Assembly: GCA_016744355.1 (NCBI GenBank)
Contig: JADGEN010000003.1
Location: forward strand, 6,385 to 70,384
DNA length: 64,000 nt
Direction of reading: 5' to 3'
DNA from: Halieaceae bacterium
GTDB taxonomy: Bacteria > Pseudomonadota > Gammaproteobacteria > Pseudomonadales > Halieaceae
Shown here: positions 10,312 through 19,020 of the stretch, piece after piece
Layout: every line of letters starts with the position of its first letter
Numbering within the stretch: position 1 is the first letter of the stretch
Made by a program: the position numbers and the translations under genes
The notes under the pieces: generated by a model
What the model saw: only the letters and a program-made list of their open reading frames with translations
Databases searched by the model: none
Told to the model about the DNA's origin: nothing

Positions 10312-10459
10312 AGTTTGCCTTTCGTATTTAATCTTGCGCGGTTATCAGCCGTGGGGCGTTTTAGTAAACGCGCGATTATCCTCCGATTGGGCCGGCTTGT
10401 ACAATTGACCAGACAATTATCTTATACTGAGCGCTGATAAATAGGCTCTTGGGGCATTA

Positions 10460-11671
10460 ATGGAACTCAAATTGGCATACTTTAGGCGCATTGGCATCCT
10501 GCTGCTGACCTTAGCTGTTTTGAGCGCTTGCGATGAACTGGATAGCGAAGTGCGTTTACTGCCTCCCGCATACCAGAATGTTGACGGAGATGCTTTACAG
10601 GCAATATTTGCAGAGCGTTCAGGTGTTGAGCTTACCGTTGCGACGTCAGCCACAAGAATGTCTGCACTGGACGCTTTGACCAACGATGTTGCCGATTTGG
10701 CTCTGGTTGAAAACAGTGCCTCTTTTACCCCTGGGGTGAGGGCGGTTCTACCGGTATATCAAAGTGTTCTTCACGTGATTGCCCGTAAAGACTTCAAGCC
10801 CCGTGATACAAGCCAGCCGCTCAAAGGGGCTACGATTTACATCGCTGATAATTCGGGTGCAGGTCACAAGGTTCTCGAGGTCGTGGCAAAGCGTCAGGGT
10901 CTAGCGCCCGATCAACTTATATTTGTGGATTCGCCAGACTCTGGTGATGTCGATTTTATTCTATACTTCGGCCCGATAAATCCCGATGATCCAGCCTGGT
11001 ATCGTCCAGGCTATGAACTGGTCTCACTTGAGAAGCGGCTTAATCCGCAGAGCGAATTTGACCGTGATGGTGTCGGCTACATCATCCCCAAAATGCACGC
11101 CGCGATAATACCGGCGCTGACCTATGATATTCCGGGTAATGAGGAGCCGATAGTAACCGTCGCAGCCAATACTCTGTTGGTAGCAAGGTCAAATGTGCCG
11201 GTTCGACTGATCTATGAATTGACCAAAACCCTGATTGAGCAAAAGCCCCGTTTTACCGCAATTGCGCCGCATCTGTTTGGTGATATTAATGAATCGTTTG
11301 ACCCGCTGGAGCTGAGTTTTCCGCTGCATGCCGGTACACGGTTCTATCTGCACCGCGATGAACCCGGATTGTTGGAGCGATACGCCGAGACCATTAATCT
11401 GCTGGTTTACGTTGTATTCCTGCTGCTTAGTGCCGGCGTGGCTTTTGTCCGCTGGCGTTCTCATCGCAAAAAAGACCGTATCGACACCTTTTATGTGCGC
11501 GCGCTGGGTATACAGGAGCAGGCGAACGGGGAGAATACCCAGGAGTTGTTGGCGCAATTAAGCGCCTTGGAACAGGAGGCATTTCAATCACTGATAGACG
11601 AGAAGTTATCTGCGAATGAAAGCTTCCGTATTTTTACCGACTTGGTGACTCGCGTTCGAGCGGGTCTGTGA
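10460..11671 (+). CDS. TAXI-family (TRAP-associated) solute-binding-like lipoprotein with C-terminal TM helix and helical tail
   Basis: It has a lipobox (LAVLSAC) and a body resembling TAXI/immunogenic-protein SBPs (DLALVENSA..., FPLHAGTRFY). A TM helix (LLVYVVFLLLSAGVAFV) is followed by RSHRKKDR and a ~70-aa helical tail. The family call is from memory. Confidence 0.6.
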   Translation: MELKLAYFRRIGILLLTLAVLSACDELDSEVRLLPPAYQNVDGDALQAIFAERSGVELTVATSATRMSALDALTNDVADLALVENSASFTPGVRAVLPVYQSVLHVIARKDFKPRDTSQPLKGATIYIADNSGAGHKVLEVVAKRQGLAPDQLIFVDSPDSGDVDFILYFGPINPDDPAWYRPGYELVSLEKRLNPQSEFDRDGVGYIIPKMHAAIIPALTYDIPGNEEPIVTVAANTLLVARSNVPVRLIYELTKTLIEQKPRFTAIAPHLFGDINESFDPLELSFPLHAGTRFYLHRDEPGLLERYAETINLLVYVVFLLLSAGVAFVRWRSHRKKDRIDTFYVRALGIQEQANGENTQELLAQLSALEQEAFQSLIDEKLSANESFRIFTDLVTRVRAGL

Positions 11672-11677
11672 TAGTTT

Positions 11678-13417
11678 CTAGCTTATTAGTAAGTCTTCAG
11701 CGTCCACGCTGATTTCCTTAAACTCTTCCGCTATTAAGGTGTAACTCGTTGAGTCAATATTGGACACGTAAGTCCAGCTGGCTGTCACTACCTCCATCGT
11801 AAAGTGCACTTTGAGGTAGCCGCGATTAATAAAGTTCGTGTAGCGAAGATCATCAATCAGGGGTATTACCAAGGGTGCCAGACCCAGAGCCAGATCAGGC
11901 CCCAGCGCTACTTCAAGGCCGGGAGATGTCACGCTTGAAGCCGCAAACTCGACGCCAACTATGTCACCCGCTTCTGTGCTTAGTTGGGATGCCCAGGCAT
12001 TGTGTGTGTCCCCGGCCAGCGTCACTACTTTTGAGCCTACTTGCATCGCATGATTGAGCAATTCCTCACGTTCAAAATTGTAGCCATCCCAAGCATCGAG
12101 GTTATAGGGTATTGCTGAGTCCAGAATTGCCTGTTGCTCGGGCGTGCGCTCTTCCGGGGGTGTGTTTTTGGCATTCAAGGCAGCAAGGAGAGCAGCTGTT
12201 CCTTCGGCAACGAAGTCTTCACCCGCAATACTGGGGTCAAGCGCTTCCATAATACTGGAGGGAAGATGTAGACGCGCCATCAAAACCTGTTGCCCAAGAA
12301 CTTGCCAGCGTGCACTACTGTCAGTCAGTTGGCCCTTTAACCAAGCCATTTGTTCACTGCCCAGAAGAGCGCGGGTACTGTCGTTGATTGCCATCCGCGT
12401 TGCATCTACATCAATTGAGCCGCCATTTACAAAATCGGGATAGGTGTTCTGTTCGTCCCGCCCGATAAGGCGGGTATCAAGCATCAATAGATTTACCAGA
12501 TCGCCATAGGGAAGCTGACGATAAATAATCTCCAGGGTGTTAGAGGGCGGGCGCACGGGCAGCCACTCGTACCAGGCCTGGATTGCAGCAGCCTTACGTT
12601 CAGAAAATTCGCCTTCAGTTTCGGGGTCGTGATTGTCAGCACCTTCCCTCCAGCTATCATTGGCTACCTCGTGATCGTCCCAGACCAGGATAAATGGATG
12701 TGCGGCGTGTGCGGCCTGCAGGTCTTCATCGCCGCGATACTGAGCGTAACGGGTGCGATAGTCTTCCAGCGTGAGCATTTCATGGCTGGGTTGCGGTACG
12801 CGGTCGAATTCTTCGGCGCGCTCAGTCGCGTAGCCTCCCTGACCATATTCATATAGATAATCGCCCAGATGCAACACGGCATCGAATTCCTGGTTTGCCA
12901 GTTCGCGGTAAACATTAAAAAAGCCCGCTGGATAGTTCGCGCATGAAACAACCGCAAATGCGGCCTCAGCAGTTGCACCTGTAGGAGCTGTTTTGGTTTT
13001 TGCGGTGGCAGAGGTCCGCTCTCCAACAGTAAACCGGTAGTAATAGCTGGTGTTGGCATCCAGGCCGTCCACGTCAACTTTGACGGTGTAGTCAACGGAG
13101 GCGTCGGTTGTGCCTTCTCCGCTGTTCACAATGGAGCTAAATTGCTCATCCAGAGCAATTTCCCAGGCCACAATCACCTGGCCCTCGCTCTCCGGAGTCA
13201 CACGGGTCCAGATAATAACTCTGTCTGACAAAGGGTCGCCCGATGCAACGCCATGCAAAAACTCGGCGGCAATGGCGGGAACTTCCGGCGGTGGAGACTG
13301 GCCATTGTTATTATTGTCTGAGCAGCCAATAAGATTGCTGCCTAACAGGGGGAGCAGGGAGCTTGCGGCGATGGCTTTTACTACCGTGCGGCGCTTGAAA
13401 TTTGTTCCCTTTGTCAT
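11678..13417 (-). CDS. phoD: alkaline phosphatase D (PhoD), Tat-signal lipoprotein
   Basis: It has a twin-arginine motif (KRRTVVKAIA) and a lipobox (LIGC), plus the PhoD metallophosphatase motifs HLGDYLYEY, WDDHEVANDSW and GDTHNAW. Confidence 0.9.
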   Translation of the reverse strand: MTKGTNFKRRTVVKAIAASSLLPLLGSNLIGCSDNNNNGQSPPPEVPAIAAEFLHGVASGDPLSDRVIIWTRVTPESEGQVIVAWEIALDEQFSSIVNSGEGTTDASVDYTVKVDVDGLDANTSYYYRFTVGERTSATAKTKTAPTGATAEAAFAVVSCANYPAGFFNVYRELANQEFDAVLHLGDYLYEYGQGGYATERAEEFDRVPQPSHEMLTLEDYRTRYAQYRGDEDLQAAHAAHPFILVWDDHEVANDSWREGADNHDPETEGEFSERKAAAIQAWYEWLPVRPPSNTLEIIYRQLPYGDLVNLLMLDTRLIGRDEQNTYPDFVNGGSIDVDATRMAINDSTRALLGSEQMAWLKGQLTDSSARWQVLGQQVLMARLHLPSSIMEALDPSIAGEDFVAEGTAALLAALNAKNTPPEERTPEQQAILDSAIPYNLDAWDGYNFEREELLNHAMQVGSKVVTLAGDTHNAWASQLSTEAGDIVGVEFAASSVTSPGLEVALGPDLALGLAPLVIPLIDDLRYTNFINRGYLKVHFTMEVVTASWTYVSNIDSTSYTLIAEEFKEISVDAEDLLIS

Positions 13418-13474
13418 CGTTGTCGCTCCAGATTATTTTGGTGGAATAACTCCCCATATTATCTGGCTATGTGC

Positions 13475-13503
13475 TTGACTACAAACAGCTTCCTCCCTAT
13501 AGT
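13475..13503 (+). promoter_or_regulatory. sigma70-type promoter for tRNA-Arg
   Basis: TTGACT (13475-13480), a 17-nt spacer, then TATAGT (13498-13503). A GC-rich discriminator (ACGCCCCC) follows, and the mature tRNA 5' end is 14 nt downstream. Confidence 0.55.
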
Positions 13504-13516
13504 ACGCCCCCTCAAC

Positions 13517-13593
13517 GCGCCCGTAGCTCAGCTGGATAGAGTACCTGGCTACGAACCAGGCGGTCACACGTTCGAATCGTGTCGGGCGCGCCA
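13517..13593 (+). tRNA. tRNA-Arg (anticodon ACG)
   Basis: 77 nt that I folded by hand. The acceptor stem is GCGCCCG/CGGGCGC and the D-arm is GCTCAGCTGGATAGAGT. The anticodon stem CCTGG/CCAGG carries the loop CT-ACG-AA. The T-arm is ACACG-TTCGAAT-CGTGT and the CCA end is encoded. It is very close to E. coli argV-type tRNA. Confidence 0.95.
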
Positions 13594-13620
13594 AATTATT
13601 TATATCAATCAGTAACTTAG

Positions 13621-13647
13621 AAGCCTCCTTTGCGGAGGCTTTTTTGT
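13621..13647 (+). terminator. rho-independent terminator after tRNA-Arg
   Basis: Hairpin AAGCCTCC-tttgc-GGAGGCTT followed by TTTTGTG. Confidence 0.7.
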
Positions 13648-13820
13648 GCTTTACCCCATAGCCCCCCGCAACAATGCAGCAATGCTAATCAAGACGATTT
13701 CTACGTGCCAAAATATCTCAGCGTTACGCAGTCTTACTGCGCAGGGCTACTTGAAGGAGTGCCCGGGTTTTCGGGGCTATCAGCAGAAAAGTGCTCTGAC
13801 TTTACGCATGTTAGCTGCTC

Positions 13821-14816
13821 TTATTTCTTCTTTGATGGAAAAATAACCTTCCAGTCCTGCTTCATATCGACAATGGTCCAGCCTTTCTCCTGCGCTTCGT
13901 CCAGGCCCTTGTCGAGCTTGCCGATACTGGAGTTCCGGTCGTAGGCCCATTCTCGCTCGGCATCTGTATGGTGAAGGTAGAGCATTAAGCTTGGACCATC
14001 ACCCGCGGCAGTGTATTGCAGCATTTGTAGATCGCCATCTGAATTGCCAGACGCAAAGATTGGGCGGCGACCGATATGTGAATTTATGCCGACTGGCTTC
14101 CCTTCCTTGTCGTCTACGAAATTCACTTCAGGTAGTCTCGTGAGTACGGGTTTGCCGCCAATCATCTGAAATTGTGTCTTGATACTGCTGCCGATAACCT
14201 GCTCGGGAGGTATGCCATAGACACTCTCCGTCCACGGGCGCATGAACTCGATACCTCCCCCTGAGACGATGAAGGTCTTAAAGTCATTAGCGCGTAAATA
14301 GGCGAGCAGCTCCAGCATCGGCTGATACACCATTTGCGTGTATGGCCTCCTGGTCACAGGGTGTCTTGCGTTGGCGACCCAGTCGGTCACGATTGCTTCG
14401 AACTCCTCGGTGGTCATGCCCGCGTGGCTCGCCATGATAATTTCGCCCACCGATTTCATGCCGCCTGCGAGCACACCACTTACATCGCCCTTGAGCAGTG
14501 AAGCGAACGGCTCCTCAGTCTTCCATTCAGGATGCTGCGGCGCAAGCGCCTTTACGCGGTCGGCAGCAAAGAATAGCTGAAAGTACATTGGCTGCTCGGC
14601 CCAGAGGTTGCCATCGTTGTCGAAGGTAGCAATGCGTTCAGGAATAGCTACGAAGTCAGGAGAGCCCTTTTCAGTTACTTTCGACACAAAGTCCATGATG
14701 GACTGCTTCGATTTGCCATCATTCCAGGATGGCAGCGGGTCAGCTATTGCCATGCCTCCGAATGTGAAGGTGAAACCCAGAGTTAAAACCGCAAAGACAG
14801 TTCTTAAATATGTCAT
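13821..14816 (-). CDS. secreted HAD-superfamily hydrolase (phosphatase-like)
   Basis: 331 aa with a signal peptide. HAD motif I is FDNDGNLW, and downstream are TFIVSGGG and GNSDGD (motif IV-like). Confidence 0.7.
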   Translation of the reverse strand: MTYLRTVFAVLTLGFTFTFGGMAIADPLPSWNDGKSKQSIMDFVSKVTEKGSPDFVAIPERIATFDNDGNLWAEQPMYFQLFFAADRVKALAPQHPEWKTEEPFASLLKGDVSGVLAGGMKSVGEIIMASHAGMTTEEFEAIVTDWVANARHPVTRRPYTQMVYQPMLELLAYLRANDFKTFIVSGGGIEFMRPWTESVYGIPPEQVIGSSIKTQFQMIGGKPVLTRLPEVNFVDDKEGKPVGINSHIGRRPIFASGNSDGDLQMLQYTAAGDGPSLMLYLHHTDAEREWAYDRNSSIGKLDKGLDEAQEKGWTIVDMKQDWKVIFPSKKK

Positions 14817-14958
14817 GTGTTATTCCTTGAAGAATAAGTGGAGAGGGTAAGTAGTATTATATTACTGCCAAAACGCCTTGCCTGGGCAGGTTTCAGAGAT
14901 TGCCCCTGAGCGCTTAAAAGGAGACTAATGTAGGCTGCGAATTTGAACACGATTCAAG

Positions 14959-14993
14959 AAAAAAAAGCCCGGGTTGAAAAATCCAACCCGGGC
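14959..14993 (-). terminator. rho-independent terminator downstream of the sulfatase gene
   Basis: On the minus strand, GCCCGGGTTG-gattttt-CAACCCGGGC is followed by T8. It lies 18 nt past the stop at 15011. Confidence 0.7.
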
Positions 14994-15010
14994 CATTGCT
15001 TACTGGGAGC

Positions 15011-16579
15011 CTAGTTTTGCACTGAGATGTCCATCAAGTTTTTGAGGTTGCCCATTGCTTTCTGCTTTTCGAGTGTACCGTAGCCTATATTGCTGGCACT
15101 CAAAGAACCGCCAGCCTGGAACGGATAGTCTGCAAGCGTAGCAAAGAATTTCTGCACGAACCCCTGGGCGGGAACCATCAGCCACATGTTGTCAGCGTAC
15201 CACCGCAGGTACATTGCAGATTCGCGTGAGGCGCTCTCAAACGGGTCGGCTCTCAAGTTGGTGATTACCGGCCACGCTGGCGTTTCTCTATAGGCCTCAT
15301 TGATCGGACCTTTCTCGATGGCGAATGAGATTTTCCAGTCGTCTACTCTTATCGCGTTGAGCATACCGCTGGCCGCAAAGTACATGATTTCTCTTCGCGG
15401 TCCTTTTTCCTGGGTACCTTCAAAGTAGGGTTTGAAGTTGTAGCCGTCGAGGTGTACGCGGAACTTCTTGCCGTTGGCTCGATAACCTCTCTTTGAGGCA
15501 AGTTTTTCTTTCACATCGGGAACACCGGCTGCGGCAAGTAAGGTCGGCATCCAGTCTTCCTGACTCATGGTATCGTTAAAAATGGAGCGAGGCTTAATCG
15601 TACCGGGCCACTTGACCATCTGTGGCACTCTCATTCCACCTTCCCAGGTCGTGCCTTTTTCACCGTAGTATGGGGTTGCACCTCCATCGGGCCAGGTGAA
15701 TTTTTCGGCGCCATTGTCAGTTGAGAAGATGACAATAGTATTGTCGTCCACGCCCAGTGTTTTGAGCTCTTCGAGGAAGCTGCCTACCATGTCATCGAGT
15801 TCTACCATGCCGTCAGCATAGAGGCCGATTCCAGTAATACCCTGATACTTTTCTTGCAAGCGTGTCCACACGTGCATACGGGTGAAGTTCATCCATACAA
15901 AGAAAGGCTTGTCAGCTTCAACCGCGGCCGCCATAAACTTTTTGGCTGCGCCACCGAATTCAGAATCAACGTGTTCCATGCGCTTTTTAGTCAGGGGGCC
16001 AGTGTCTTCAATCTTGCCATCCGCATAGGAGTGAATCACGCCACGCGGGCCGAACTTTTTGTGAAACTCCGGATCTTTCGGGTAATAGTAGGTCTCAGGT
16101 TCCTCTTCGGCGTTCAGGTGGTAGAGATTGCCAAAAAATTCGTCAAAACCATGATTGGTGGGCAGGTGCTTGTCCTGGTCACCGAGGTGGTTTTTGCCAA
16201 ATTGTCCGGTTGCATAACCCTGTTCTTTTAACAAGTCAGCAATTGTAGGAGTCCAGTCGGGAATGCCCTGGTCGCTGCCCGGCATACCGATAGTCAACAA
16301 GCCCGTGCGGAAGGGCTGTTGGCCCAGGATGAATGATGCCCTGCCAGCCGTGCAAGACTGTTGCGCATACATATCGGTGAATAAGGCGCCTTCGTCTGCG
16401 ATAGAGTCAATATTGGGCGTTTTATAGCCCATACCACCTCGGTTATAAGCGCTGGTATTCCAGACGCCAATATCATCGCCCCACATAACAAGAATGTTGG
16501 GTTTTTTTGCTGCCATTGCCGTGCTGCAGAGCATTAACAAAGCGAGCGACAGAATCGTCAGCTTCCCTTTTTGTAGCAT
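15011..16579 (-). CDS. arylsulfatase (Cys-type, formylglycine-dependent sulfatase family), secreted
   Basis: Signal peptide, then PNILVMWGDDIG, the sulfatase signature SCTAGRASFILG (C-x-A-x-R) and GKNHLGD. It is a paralogue of 35642..37135. Confidence 0.9.
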   Translation of the reverse strand: MLQKGKLTILSLALLMLCSTAMAAKKPNILVMWGDDIGVWNTSAYNRGGMGYKTPNIDSIADEGALFTDMYAQQSCTAGRASFILGQQPFRTGLLTIGMPGSDQGIPDWTPTIADLLKEQGYATGQFGKNHLGDQDKHLPTNHGFDEFFGNLYHLNAEEEPETYYYPKDPEFHKKFGPRGVIHSYADGKIEDTGPLTKKRMEHVDSEFGGAAKKFMAAAVEADKPFFVWMNFTRMHVWTRLQEKYQGITGIGLYADGMVELDDMVGSFLEELKTLGVDDNTIVIFSTDNGAEKFTWPDGGATPYYGEKGTTWEGGMRVPQMVKWPGTIKPRSIFNDTMSQEDWMPTLLAAAGVPDVKEKLASKRGYRANGKKFRVHLDGYNFKPYFEGTQEKGPRREIMYFAASGMLNAIRVDDWKISFAIEKGPINEAYRETPAWPVITNLRADPFESASRESAMYLRWYADNMWLMVPAQGFVQKFFATLADYPFQAGGSLSASNIGYGTLEKQKAMGNLKNLMDISVQN

Positions 16580-16819
16580 GTAGTTCTCCTGAAAGAAAAA
16601 TGATTCAATAAAAAATGGATTTCATAACTCTGGCCACTAAGCCACTAACGCAAGAGTAGTTGTTCGATACCAAATAGTATACTGAGCGACGATATAGATT
16701 CTTCCCCTCAGAATGCAAATAAAGCAATCTCACGAGATAAGTGCTCTGCCGCGAAAAATTACGCTTTACTTTAAAGCGATGGATGCCTATATTTCCAATG
16801 CATCTTTAATCAACAAGTA

Positions 16820-16834
16820 ATAACTTTTTGTTAT
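16820..16834. promoter_or_regulatory. candidate LysR-type T-N11-A box
   Basis: Perfect dyad ATAAC-TTTTT-GTTAT that overlaps the start codon of the LysR gene and fits the T-N11-A pattern. There is only this one site and it is untested. Confidence 0.3.
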
Positions 16835-17810
16835 GAGGTTTACACTTAGGCAGATTAAGCACGCAGAAGCATTGGCGCGCCACGGGAATTTTCGCCAAGC
16901 TGCCGCAGAACAATCTATTAGCCAACCTGCGCTAACACGGAGTATCAAATCTTTGGAAGCGATTCTTGGCGGTCAGTTATTCGACCGCCTGAGTACGGGA
17001 GTCGAGCCCACAAAGGCTGGGTCGGTATTTCTGGAGAAAGCTCGTCAATTACTAATGGAGTCCAGTGAGCTCGAGCGGGAAGTGGGGGCCACCCTGGGGC
17101 TTACACGGGGATCACTCCACATAGCAACAGGCCCCTACCCAGGGGAATACCTGGTACCGGAAGCCTTGGCCCGGATAATTGGACAGTACCCTGAGCTCAC
17201 CTATCGAATTTCTGAGATGGACTGGAGCGATATTCCGGATAGCCTGTTAACTCGCAACTTCGATATCGCCGTTGCCGATATTGGCAGCGTCGAGGATGAT
17301 CCCAGGTTTGATACTGAACTATTGATCGACGACCCACTTTTCTACGTTTGCAGGCGGGACCATCCACTCGCAAACCTTAGCGATGTAGATCTAAGCGAAG
17401 TTTATTCATATCCCCTGATAACAAACAGCGTGCCCTCTAAGATGGCCCGCTTTTTAACCAATCCGGGGCCATCAGGTTCAATCAGTCGAGACACAGGCGT
17501 ATTTGAGCCGCGAGTTGAAGTAACCACTTTTTCCGCGACCAAGCGCGTGCTCTTTTCGTCAAATGCCGTGTCTTTGGCACCAATACTACAAGTTGAACCA
17601 GAGTTGAACAGCGGTAGCCTAGCTCTGATACGTACAGGGGCGGTACCCTTGAGAATGAATTCGGGGTTTATTTACCTCGCCGGGCGCACCCTTAGTCCCG
17701 CAGCGGTTCGTTATATGGAGGAAGTCAGGTTAATAAAATCGCTTCTGGACAGCCGCTCCACAGAATTTGAAGCAAAATTTCTTGAAATGCATCCAGGTAG
17801 CTGTGATTAG
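16833..17810 (+). CDS. LysR-family transcriptional regulator
   Basis: N-terminal wHTH (LRQIKHAEALARHGNFRQAAAEQSISQPALTRSIKSLE) plus a LysR substrate-binding domain. It is divergent from the sulfatase gene. Confidence 0.9.
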   Translation: MRFTLRQIKHAEALARHGNFRQAAAEQSISQPALTRSIKSLEAILGGQLFDRLSTGVEPTKAGSVFLEKARQLLMESSELEREVGATLGLTRGSLHIATGPYPGEYLVPEALARIIGQYPELTYRISEMDWSDIPDSLLTRNFDIAVADIGSVEDDPRFDTELLIDDPLFYVCRRDHPLANLSDVDLSEVYSYPLITNSVPSKMARFLTNPGPSGSISRDTGVFEPRVEVTTFSATKRVLFSSNAVSLAPILQVEPELNSGSLALIRTGAVPLRMNSGFIYLAGRTLSPAAVRYMEEVRLIKSLLDSRSTEFEAKFLEMHPGSCD

Positions 17811-17970
17811 CTTGCATAAGCAAGTGTGCCCAAACAATGCGTGAATATCTTCAAGTTTTTAGGCCTAAATTTGTGCTTACTGGATACCAATGTTTTTGAG
17901 CTGAATAGAACGTAACTTCTCTTATCTTGATTTTGGTAAATTCAAAGAATCACAAAGGATAATAAAAAAT

Positions 17971-18326
17971 ATGAGTGACTCACTGAGTATTCCGATGGTG
18001 CAAAATTTGACAGCCCCATGCAGAAAGAGCTTTTTGCACATTACCTTAATGAAGCGGTGAGTATTGAGAACGGTGATCTTGACAGTATTTGTGCGTTGGC
18101 AAGAAAACATGAGATTGCCGTTTACCTGGGTTGTGCTGAGAGGGCAGGTGATCGAGGAGGACATAGCCTTTACTGTAGGTGGATTACAGAGCCTATTGTA
18201 GGAAAGGAAGTCGTCGTTACTGCAACCATCAATTTCAATCCCTCCGGTCACTACTCAAGACCTGATGTATTCGAATTAAATGTCAACAGACAAAGGCAAA
18301 AGCTCGTTCACTTTAAGTGTGATTAA
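17971..18326 (+). pseudogene. decayed nitrilase (C-N hydrolase superfamily) remnant
   Basis: The 102-aa ORF 18018..18326 joins two distant nitrilase segments. One is ...ARKHEIAVYLGCAERAGDRGGHSLY (about residue 70-120 of a ~350-aa nitrilase). The other is PSGHYSRPDVFELNVNRQ (about residue 300-330). The catalytic Lys and Cys-Trp-Glu region is missing. A short out-of-frame ORF at 17971 supplies a possible N-terminal scrap. The region is AT-rich. Confidence 0.55.
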
Positions 18327-18362
18327 AATAGAAGCCAATGCATGATGACAGTACCAAGATAT

Positions 18363-18785
18363 TCAAATTGAATTTAGCAAGGTTAAGAATGTTTCTGCCT
18401 TGCGACCATCAATATTCTTCAGGAGGCTTTCAGCCTTTTGTTCGAACGTAGTTGATGCATCAGAAAATATGGTTTCTCCGGCAGGCGTTATTCTTACCAG
18501 GCTCACCCTCGCATCTCTCTCGCTCGTAGCTTTCGCTACGACTCCAATTTTCTCCATAGGCATGAGCATTCTCGTAATTCCAGATGCAGTTCGTCCCAAT
18601 GCCTCGGCAATATCGATACGGCGCATTGATCGATTTGGCGCTTGCATTAAATTGAGCAACACCATGTATTCGGCAAGTCCGATACCATGAATTGCACCCA
18701 GGCTGTTGTCCAGATGTTTAGAAATGACAGCACTGTTAATCCAGAGGCTCTTTGCGATTGATGAGCAGATTGGTTCTTTTTCCAT
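18363..18785 (-). CDS. MarR-family transcriptional regulator
   Basis: Winged-HTH pattern (GLAEYMVLLNLMQAPNRSMRRIDIAEALGRTASGITRMLMPMEKIGVV...DARVSLVRITPAG). I chose the ATG at 18785 (MEKEP). Confidence 0.85.
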   Translation of the reverse strand: MEKEPICSSIAKSLWINSAVISKHLDNSLGAIHGIGLAEYMVLLNLMQAPNRSMRRIDIAEALGRTASGITRMLMPMEKIGVVAKATSERDARVSLVRITPAGETIFSDASTTFEQKAESLLKNIDGRKAETFLTLLNSI

Positions 18786-19020
18786 TGTTTTATACCGTAT
18801 ATATACTTGATAGATTAAGTATATTGCAAATATATAATCTGTCAATAGGCAGCTGAGTGCGCAGTTTAAGTTAGCAGTAGAATCGGGGTGAGGGTTATAT
18901 GAAGTTCATCGTTAAATTTGGATTACGCCAGCCGGATATTAGCCAAGCTTGTTCTTTGATCTCGCGTGAACACACGACAACAGTTAAGCTAGTAACATCT
19001 GTGACAAGGAGTAGTTAGAT

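Noticed and set aside
10312-10459. Looked for a Leu/Ile-rich leader peptide or attenuator upstream of leuC
   Set aside because: The only upstream ATG opens an 11-codon frame without Leu/Ile runs, and no terminator/antiterminator pair was seen.
13418-13474. Looked for a Pho box (CTGTCAT-N4-CTGTCAT) upstream of phoD
   Set aside because: Only a weak single half-site-like CTGTTTG was seen, with no convincing direct-repeat pair.
13630-13944. Short plus-strand ORFs just downstream of tRNA-Arg, and the idea of a tRNA-integrated genomic island
   Set aside because: The ORFs overlap the terminator and the 3' end of the HAD gene and look non-coding. No integrase, att-like direct repeat or mobility gene was found by eye.
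17922-18251. 109-aa minus-strand ORF across the nitrilase remnant
   Set aside because: The region is AT-rich, and the frame has an odd composition and no start context. The plus-strand frame explains the region as a pseudogene.
18899-18961. 20-codon mini-ORF (MKFIVKFGLRQPDISQACSL) upstream of the HD-GYP gene
   Set aside because: It is too short to support without conservation or ribosome-profiling data, and no attenuator-like structure was evident.
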